A stretch of 64,000 bases of DNA from a virus. Positions 56,259 through 64,000 of the stretch are shown here, piece by piece. The notes beneath the pieces were generated by a model that was not told where the DNA came from, did no database searches, and saw only the letters and a program-made list of their open reading frames with translations. Numbering within the stretch: position 1 is the stretch's first letter; each line of letters starts with the position of its first letter. Both the position numbers and the translations under genes were made by a program. The stretch is taken from IMG/VR virus record IMGVR_UViG_3300006175_000009, positions 14,118 to 78,117 of that record; one strand, written 5' to 3'.

Positions 56259-57359
56259 TTACTGCATTTCGGTGGGCTCTTCACCCAGGACGTTCTTGCC
56301 ACGGGTCAGGTAGTCGGCCGAGACCGACTTGACCAGCGCCAGACCCCTCAGGAGAGGAGAAGTGCGAGGCGGGGCGGCCTGGACCACGACACCCTCACGG
56401 ATGTGCAGCTCGCGGCCGGAGAACTGCTCCATACCGTCCGTCAGCTCGGCCACCTTCTCCTTGCTGTATGGACCGACGTAGAGCACCGGCACGCACGGAA
56501 CCTCGCGGGGAAGCATGGCGTGCGGGCTGACCCACTGCTCTCCGGTCTGGTACTTCAGCAGCATGGCGTAGGCCGCGAAACCGACCTTGCCCGTACGGCC
56601 GTTGGCACCGTAGTGGAGATCCTGCACACCCTCACCGAACACCTCACCGAACAGCGAGATGCTGACAGCGTGCGGGAAGCTCAGCGCCAGAGTGGCCAGA
56701 GCCTCCTTCAGGCTGTACTCATGGGCCGCCCGCCAGTAGAGGTTGTGCTCGTCCTCCTTGAGCGCGTAGCCGTCCTTGGAGATGCCCTTCGAGCTGACCT
56801 GGAGAGTGTCCGTGGCCGTCTCGTAGGTGCTCACGAAGCAGGTTCCGTGGAGCTTCTCCGTGATCTCCACCTGCTCGCCCTCGGTGAAGACCTTGCCATA
56901 CTTCTTGACCGACTCGACCTCGAACATCGGGACCAGGTCAGGCGCGGCCTCGATGGTACCGCTCATCGCGATGGCCACCTCGGGCACGAACTTGACGATC
57001 CCCAGAGCCTCGGCCCAGGTGTCACCAGGGCGAGCGCCGTTCTCGGTGGCGATCCGAGTTGCCACGGGCTCCGGGATGATCAGACCCTGCGACAGCTCAC
57101 CACGGAGCTTGATGGCCTTGACCACGTTCTTGGTCTTGCCGCCGAGACGACCCTTCAGCCCCAGCTCGTCCAGGATCTTGTCGGGGACGATACCGCCCTC
57201 GGGGACGTAGACAACCTCGTCGTAGTCCTTGTAGGCGTTCAGCCCGGTGACCACCTGGAAACCGTCCTCGGAGCCCACGTTGGCCAGGCTGAGCGAGTCC
57301 GCGTTCGGGTGCTTGCGGCAGTTGTGGAGCTTCTCCACCGTGACTTCGTACTGAGCCAT
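56259..57359 (-). CDS. RNA ligase, DRB0094 (Rnl5)-type with an N-terminal OB-like domain
   Basis: HPNADSL, KLRGELSQGL, TEKLHGT, FGEVFGEGVQ, REGVVV, KSVSADYL. Confidence 0.9.
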   Translation of the reverse strand: MAQYEVTVEKLHNCRKHPNADSLSLANVGSEDGFQVVTGLNAYKDYDEVVYVPEGGIVPDKILDELGLKGRLGGKTKNVVKAIKLRGELSQGLIIPEPVATRIATENGARPGDTWAEALGIVKFVPEVAIAMSGTIEAAPDLVPMFEVESVKKYGKVFTEGEQVEITEKLHGTCFVSTYETATDTLQVSSKGISKDGYALKEDEHNLYWRAAHEYSLKEALATLALSFPHAVSISLFGEVFGEGVQDLHYGANGRTGKVGFAAYAMLLKYQTGEQWVSPHAMLPREVPCVPVLYVGPYSKEKVAELTDGMEQFSGRELHIREGVVVQAAPPRTSPLLRGLALVKSVSADYLTRGKNVLGEEPTEMQ

Positions 57360-57489
57360 GTGCTTTTCCTCCCTGTCGTTGTGCTACGAGCTTACCAGCT
57401 CCTAGCCTCCAGCGCAAACAAAACTTGCCTAGAAAGCCAAGTTGCCAGTTACAGGCAAGTGGCCATTCTAGGCAAGTTGTGCCGATCTG

Positions 57490-58410
57490 CTAGAAGTTGC
57501 CAGGTGCCACCTGCCAGGTCGTGAGACCCATCAGGCGATACACGTCAACCACCATGTTCCGGTCGTCCAGGGCCAGCTTGACGTCGTAGTTCGGGGCGAT
57601 GTGCTCCCAGAACATCTCAGGCTTGACGATGCCGTCCGAACGAGTGTCATGCGGCGGGCGCATGAACAGATCGTCGTAGAAGACCTTGTCCCGCTTGAGC
57701 GTCGTCACGGTGTGGTCCCGGTAGAGACCGTCCCGTCCAGAGGCCAGCACGATGGCGTAACCGGCCGCTGCAAACAGCTTGATGGCCTCGTGCGTCATCG
57801 GCTTGATGGTGTCCTTGTAGACCGCGTAGAAGGCGTACGGAGACCGGTCGCCCATCTCGTACAGCGTTCCGTCAAGGTCCACCAGGATGGCCTTGGGCTT
57901 CCCCGGAGTCCCCTCGTACTTACGGACCGAGATCTTGAGGTCGTTCATCCACTCGTTGGTGAGGGTGAACCCCTTGCGCTCCTGGTCCAGAAGAGTCCGG
58001 TTCATCTTCTTGATCACGTCAGCCCCGACCTGAGCTGGGCCTTCACGGAACGAGTCGTTCCAGATGCAGCTCTCGGCAGAGACGTATGTGAAGTCCCGAA
58101 CGTAGAAGGTGACGTCCTCCAGCGCAAGGGCCTTCTTGTACTTCTTGAGCCAGTCAAGGCGGATGTGGCAGTTGTCGATCACCACGTTGTGACCCGCCCT
58201 GACCATGGTGACCAGGCTGGTGAGCATGAGATCGAAGGCTACCGCCTCCTTCTCCTTGGTCCACAGGTCCGATCCGTTCTCGAAGCCCAGCATGGCCCTG
58301 TAGGAGTCCATGTTGAGCCGGTAGTGGTTCGGGCTGTCGGCGACGAAACGAGAGGCCCACGTGGACTTACCGCTTCCTGGCAGGCCCCTCGTCACGTATA
58401 CGTCTGTCAC
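57490..58410 (-). CDS. Polynucleotide 5'-kinase / 3'-phosphatase (T4 PseT-like)
   Basis: RGLPGSGKST, VIDN; HAD motifs DLDGTL, SGR, LFMR, DDR. Confidence 0.93.
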   Translation of the reverse strand: MTDVYVTRGLPGSGKSTWASRFVADSPNHYRLNMDSYRAMLGFENGSDLWTKEKEAVAFDLMLTSLVTMVRAGHNVVIDNCHIRLDWLKKYKKALALEDVTFYVRDFTYVSAESCIWNDSFREGPAQVGADVIKKMNRTLLDQERKGFTLTNEWMNDLKISVRKYEGTPGKPKAILVDLDGTLYEMGDRSPYAFYAVYKDTIKPMTHEAIKLFAAAGYAIVLASGRDGLYRDHTVTTLKRDKVFYDDLFMRPPHDTRSDGIVKPEMFWEHIAPNYDVKLALDDRNMVVDVYRLMGLTTWQVAPGNF

Positions 58411-59546
58411 TCGTCCTCGTCCTTCCGGAAACGAACCTTGCCGTAGGGCTCCACCTGCTTCCAGAGCCACTTGTCCAGTCCGGCAGTGTTCTTGTCGTAC
58501 AACATGAACAGTACCTTACTGAACTCGCTCCCCGCAACCGCCAGCGCGAAATCCTTACGGGCGCTGACCTTCTCGTAGCCCACGCCAAGCATGGCCTTGT
58601 TGTACTCGCGGGTGAGGCGAGCCTTCAGACGGGAGCGCTGGCCCTTGAGCTTCTTCTCCACGCCCTTGGCCCACTCCATCAGCTCATCCGGTGCACCCTT
58701 GTCCATCAGGTCGTTCAGGGTGCCACCGTTGGACAGGAGACGCCAGATGCCCTTCTCCGTGGTCTCGGTGAACAGGCCGTGGAGCTGGAGGTACTTGGCG
58801 CTCTTGCACTTGGCCATGGTGCCGTCCGGCCACTGGAGAACCAGGCCCTCGAAGTCCGTGCCCGCGTCCGTAGACTGCTTGATCCACGCGGACAGGGTCT
58901 TGGCGTCCTTGCCGTAGACGGGCCACTGCTTGACGACAGAGCCGATTGGGGCCCAGCCCTCCGCCAGGGTCTCCAGGCGCTGGTAGGCACCCGTGTAGAG
59001 GCTCCTCGCACCCAGCAGGATCAGGTCGGTACGGCCCTTGTAGTCCACCACGATCCGGAACTGCGGAGCGATGAACTCGGCAAGGTACGTGAGCGAACGG
59101 TCCAGCATCTTGGTGTTCTTGGTGTCCAGGTACTTCTCGGCCGCGATGGAAACGTCGGATGCGAACGATCCCTTGGACGCCACACGCCACTTGCCGTCGT
59201 ACCAGTAGACGATGGCCAGAGAGCCATCCTCCTTGGTCGTGGCGACCGGAGTGGTGTTCGGAAGAGGCTGAACGTGCTTCGGCCGGTCCTCACCCTGCGC
59301 CTCGTGGAGGTCCACCAGGAAGGTCTTCGGGAACGGCAGGGCCACGATCTCGCCAATGTCGTCCACGATCAGGCCGCGAGTCTGCTTGGTGACGTCGGTC
59401 CAGTGGGAGTCGAACACACAGGCGTTCTCGTAGACGTACAGGGCCAGCTCATACTGGTCGTGGTACTTCTCGCGGACGTACCCGGAACGGATCTCGTTGT
59501 CCAGCTCCTTGGTGTCCATCAGGTCGTGGATCGTCAGTCGAAGCAT
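58407..59546 (-). CDS. RNA ligase 1 (T4 RnlA-like)
   Basis: RGLI...PFPK.F, KEDGSL, SKGSFAS, RIVVDY, EGLV, K.KS..YL.LH. Confidence 0.9.
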   Translation of the reverse strand: MLRLTIHDLMDTKELDNEIRSGYVREKYHDQYELALYVYENACVFDSHWTDVTKQTRGLIVDDIGEIVALPFPKTFLVDLHEAQGEDRPKHVQPLPNTTPVATTKEDGSLAIVYWYDGKWRVASKGSFASDVSIAAEKYLDTKNTKMLDRSLTYLAEFIAPQFRIVVDYKGRTDLILLGARSLYTGAYQRLETLAEGWAPIGSVVKQWPVYGKDAKTLSAWIKQSTDAGTDFEGLVLQWPDGTMAKCKSAKYLQLHGLFTETTEKGIWRLLSNGGTLNDLMDKGAPDELMEWAKGVEKKLKGQRSRLKARLTREYNKAMLGVGYEKVSARKDFALAVAGSEFSKVLFMLYDKNTAGLDKWLWKQVEPYGKVRFRKDEDE

Positions 59547-59636
59547 CGCTTCCTCCTTGGTTGATGCCACCATAGTAGCAGAGAGCTTTCCACCCTGTCA
59601 ACGAAGAAGGCCCCTGGTTTCCCAGAGGCCCTCCCG

Positions 59637-62600
59637 TTACTTCTTGCGCCTGAAGTTCAGCGAGATCTGCTTCTTGCCCTGCCGGTCGGTGTAGTGGAAC
59701 GTACCCGTGTGGGTCTCGTCCTCCCCTACCACCCTGCCCCGATAGGTCCAACCACCGCTTTCGTTCACCTGCGCAACGTCCGGACCCTCACCCGAAGGCT
59801 TGTTCTCCTTCGCGCTACGCTTGCGACCTAAGGCCATGGCTCAGCCCTCCTTCATCTCCTCGATGCGGCGCAGGTTCTTGCGGAGATCCAGGTTCTCCGG
59901 TGACCGGAACACGAAGCTCTTCCAGTGATCCAGGTTGTCGCGCTCGCCCTTGTCCATGTCGTCCAGGTGACCGAGCAACCAGTACGTGTCCCCGAAGGTC
60001 CCGTAGGTGTACTCCTCGTCGGCGATGGTCGGGCAGTCGCACTTGATCAGCGCTTCCAGGTCCATGTACTCGCACCCGGACTCACAACCATACGAACCGT
60101 TGATCGCCTCAGCGTTCTCGGCCCTCATGGTGTCACACGAGGCCAGGTGAAGCTGGTAGTCCAGAGCGGCCGGGTCGAACAGCGTCTGTTCCCGGTACAT
60201 CTGGGCGACCATCCGGGTCACCTTGTCGTCAGCACTCTCGGTCATGCTCGACCTCCATCGGGTCAGCGTAGGTGGATACGGCCCACACGTCGAACTGGTC
60301 ACCGTCGCACCAGCCAACGTCGTGGATCTTCGAGACTTCCCCGTCGTTCCCGATCAGGAATCGACGTGTCTTCAGTTCCTCGAACAGAGCGTTCGCGATC
60401 AGGTCCGAGGGCGTGTAGGCCCGGAGAAGCTTGCGGAGTTCGCCTTCAGCGGAGTTCATTTCGTGCCTCCCTGTGTTGGTGCTACCAGCATAGCACGACA
60501 TAGCGCCCAGGGCAACAAGAAAGCCCCCCGTTTCCGAGGGGCCGTCTTGTCTGGCGGTTACCAGCGAGAGGTGATGCCCTCGTTGGTCGTCATCGTGCTG
60601 GACTGCTGTGCGGACTGCTGAGCGTTCGCCATGGAGCCGTTGATCTCCTGCTTGGCGTACGCCTGGTGGTCCGCGCTCTGGTGGTGCTGGTAGGTCGCTA
60701 AGTCGCCACCAGCGGGCTTCGCGGTCGGGTCGTAGTCGCTCATGACTTCTTCTCCTCCAGGGTGGGCCACGTGACGGCCGGGCGGTGCCAGACCATCTTG
60801 TGCGTCTTGTTGTCCGGAACGATCTTGTGGACACCGGTGATGGTGCCCTTCTCGAAGTCAGTGTCCTCGTTGATGGTGTTCAGCACACCCGAGAACTTCT
60901 TCTCCGGGAACAGCTTGAGGACGTGCTCCATCTCCTCGATCAAGTACCAGTTGTCCGCGTCGAAGCAGTGCGCCTCCATGCGGGAGCAGCTCTTCTTGAT
61001 CATGGTGCCCTCGGCCGTGTGGACCGTCTCCGTGTCGATCACCAGCTCCAGGCTGCGGAGAACGAGGTTGTCGTCCACGTAGTGAGCAGCGCGGACGCCC
61101 TTCTCGATCTGCTGGATCTCGAACCAGTTGAGGGCGGGCTCGATCTTGATGCTGCCCTCAGCGCTCTTGAAGCTCATGTCAGTTCCTTTCGGGATTTGCC
61201 CTGACTGGGCTGGGCTGACTTCACTGCGTTCAGTCTACTATGACCGTTGCGGTGAAGTCAACCCGGCCGGGTCAGATCAGTCCTCGTCCTTCACGTCCTC
61301 GGACTGCTTACCCTCACCGTTGAACCCCGCGTAGTCGTTGGGGTCGTAACCGGTCTTGCGACTATCGTGGTTCGCCTTGGCCACCACAGCCTCAGCCTTG
61401 GCGGCCTTGACCGCGTTGCTGATCTTGTCTCGCAGGCCCATCAGTTCTCCACCTTCCGGAAGTTCATGGAGTCACCACAGCGGTCCAGCTCGAACTTCAT
61501 GGGACGGTCGGGCTCCCACGGCCCCTGGATCTGCATCTTGCAGTGGTTCTCACGGTCCAGGGCGACGATCAGGGTGACCCGGTCCTTGTGGTCGTTGGAC
61601 CAGTTGCCACGGGCGACCCTCTTGCCGAGGAACAGCCCCTCGATGGTCAGGGTCTCACGCTCACCCCAGTGCCGCTGAATGTCGAACGCGATCTTGTCGC
61701 CGAACTCGAAGTCCATGGTGTGCCTTTCAGGCTAGGTTAGGCCGGGTGGCCTTGGCTGTGCACCTATCGTAGCACTTGACCGACAGATGCACAACCAGGG
61801 TTACCCGACTTACTACTTGCTCAGGTCAGCCTTGTTACGGGCCGCACGAGCGCGAGACTCCTTCTCCTCGTACAGAGCCGCACCGAAGATGCCGAGGACA
61901 ACCGCCCCAGCGATCAGGGTGACGACCGGGTACCCCAGGTAGAGCAGGTACCCCACACCGGAACCCAGGACACCAGCAGCCGTGAGAGGCTCAGCGACGA
62001 GCTTCAGGACGATCTTGTTGGTGTAGGTCACGGTGAAGAACCCCATCACGGTCAGCACGGACAGGAAGACTGCCAGGCCGATGTGCAGGGGGGTCAGGCT
62101 GTGGAAGTGGTGGAGCGTCGAGAGGAAGCCTCCCGCGAGCCAGATCAGGCCGAAGTAGAGCGAGATCCGGACGGCGGTCGAGTCGTGACTCATGGTTTCT
62201 CCTCCTCAGTGTGGGACTGACTGTCCCGGGCTGTGCACCTAGCTTACTACAACTATTGCCAGATGCACAACCCACGGACCTTCAGGTTACCGAGTGGTAT
62301 AACCCTTTTCCGCCAGACGCTGGAGTCGGTCCAGGTGCTGCGCGGCCTTCTGAACTGCACAAACGGCCAGCCAGACCTCCATGTACCCGTTCAGCTTGCC
62401 GGGCTCCAGGTCAAGCAGCTTGGCAGCCTCCCGGACGCTGGAAGTGCAGTTCTCGTTCTCGTTGCTCCAGGTGTAGGGGTCCTCCATGACAGACCCGATA
62501 CGGCTCTGAGCCTCCCGCATCCTTCGAGCGGCCCGGTCAATGTCAATGCTGGTCACGATGCCTCCCACGCCCTCTCGGCGCGCTTGTTCTTCAGGTCCTG

Positions 62601-63947
62601 GTCAACATGACCATTGTGCTGGCTGGTCAGGTGGTAGACGGGCAAGCCGTCGATCTTGAACTTGGGGTGACAGATGTAGACGTCCTTCTCCCCGATCTGC
62701 CCGTATTCGATGATCCGGATGGCCACCAGCCGCTGAAGGGCCGACATAGCGGCAGCCTTCGAGTAGAAGATGACCTTGTTGCAGCGGGGGCACCTGCGGG
62801 CGTCTACTTCGAGATGCCCCCTCTGGATAGCTCGCTCAGTGCGGTTCACTACTCCTCCTCGTGGATCTTCAGCAGATCGACCAGCAGACGTCGCTCCAGG
62901 TTGGTGGCGCGCATCTCTCGGCGGTACAGGTCGAACGTTCCCCGCCAGTCCTTGCGGATCTCGACCATGTAGGTCAGGTCACCCTTGAGCCACTCGCCCA
63001 CAGAGGGCTGCTCGTCGTAGTAGTTCACGGTGTAGATCAGGTTGCAGTCCGTGAACTCGATGTACCAGCGACGGTACATGCCCATCTCAAGCGGGCCGGT
63101 GATCTCCTGAATGGTCTCGATGTTCATGGCGTTCCTTTCGGGTTGGGATCTAACTTCTCGGGCTGTCTTCGACAAGCATAGCACAACTACCGTCGAAGGC
63201 AACCCCAGAAGCAGGATCAGTTAGCGAGAACCATCATGGCCATGACCTCTTCGTCAGTGGCCGGACGCGGGTTCTCCAGCATCTCGAACGTGTCCACCGG
63301 GTTACCGGTTTGCGTCGAGATCATCCACTGAGAGTTGTACCGGAACAGGACCCACCGGAGACCGGTCAGCTTGTTGCGGTCGGCCCAGACGGTCACAGCA
63401 GCTCCGCAGTGGGACGCACGGGCATTGGTGAGCATCGGGCTCAGGCGGGTCAGCAGGTTGTGCATCGGTGATCCTTTCGGGATCGAACAGGGTTAACTCG
63501 TCGCATCCCTTGAGCTTGGCCATTTGAGGGCCTTTCGGGCTCGTTTCGTGCTGACAAGTAAGACTCTAGTGGTACGACGGAAGGGTGTCAACCCCCTTAG
63601 ACCATCTCCTTAACCCGCGCAGCCTGCGCCTTGTGGATCTTGTTGATGCGCATCTGCTCGGCGTTGGCCCGTCGCTCTCGGTCTCGCTTGGCGCGGGTCT
63701 CGTACTTCTCCTTGTGCACCGGATTCAGGTTCACAGAAGCCTCCCTGAGCGCCTCGTACGGGTCGGTTGGACACCAGGCCCCAGCCTCACCCTTTGGGGG
63801 CAGTACAGCGCACTCCAGGCCCTCGACATGAGCTGCACATGCCCGGTCGATCAACCGCATGTTGTGTCCGGCCGCAAGCGTCAGCCCCTTGGCCTTCTTC
63901 TTGTTGACCCGTACATCACATGATCCGATGGGCGGGTAGAGCTGCAT
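59637..63947 (-). other. Array of small hypothetical early-type genes (59637-59837, 59841-60245, 60229-60459, 60558-60743, 60740-61177, 61441-61716, 61813-62193 multi-TM, 62287-62568, 62553-62849, 62849-63127, 63217-63465, 63597-63947)
   Basis: Short packed ORFs with GAAAGGA/AGGAG RBSs and interspersed promoters and terminators. Confidence 0.55.
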
Positions 63948-64000
63948 GGTGCCATCATTGCCATAGGCGATAACGACGAAACGCCAGCACTCGCAAGCGA

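Noticed and set aside
56223-57524. Long antisense ORFs (also 2005-2877, 35337-36572, 51260-52354, 57601-58446)
   Set aside because: Shadow ORFs caused by high GC3 of well-supported genes on the opposite strand; no motifs or RBS.

Overview
This window is a 64-kb slice of a large, GC-rich tailed actinobacteriophage with a siphovirus-type tail. A Streptomyces/Kitasatospora-like host is inferred from the HrdB-type and leaderless promoters, the tRNAs without encoded CCA, and the Streptomyces-plasmid-like transfer genes. From 47.2 kb leftwards the minus strand carries: small terminase, large terminase, a 1327-aa multidomain portal fusion, prohead protease/scaffold, major capsid protein, decoration and head-tail genes, tail tube, chaperone, tape measure, tail-tip genes, lysis cassette, Cas4-like nuclease, a tRNA/tRNA-like RNA cluster, an XRE regulator, a Prim-Pol primase-helicase, and a second RepB-type primase that runs off the window. 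A plus-strand block (47.5-54.3 kb) ends in a DUF2637/Spd-like membrane protein and a TraB-like FtsK/SpoIIIE translocase. It converges on a minus-strand block with an RNA-repair cassette (Rnl1 ligase, PNK/phosphatase, DRB0094-type ligase, Rv2179c-like RNase) and many small early genes. No integrase is seen. Most notable: (1) a Streptomyces-type TraB/Spd-like DNA-transfer module inside a virion-producing phage, accompanied by three dense GAAC/GTTC arrays, two of them written into coding sequence through unusual codon choices; (2) a 79-nt mini-tmRNA with only the tRNA-like domain, next to other structurally aberrant tRNAs; (3) a portal-MuF-ParB-HiPIP-like fusion; (4) a candidate +1 tail-chaperone frameshift. 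All family assignments are by-eye motif recognition; no searches were run, and motif counts are hand counts.
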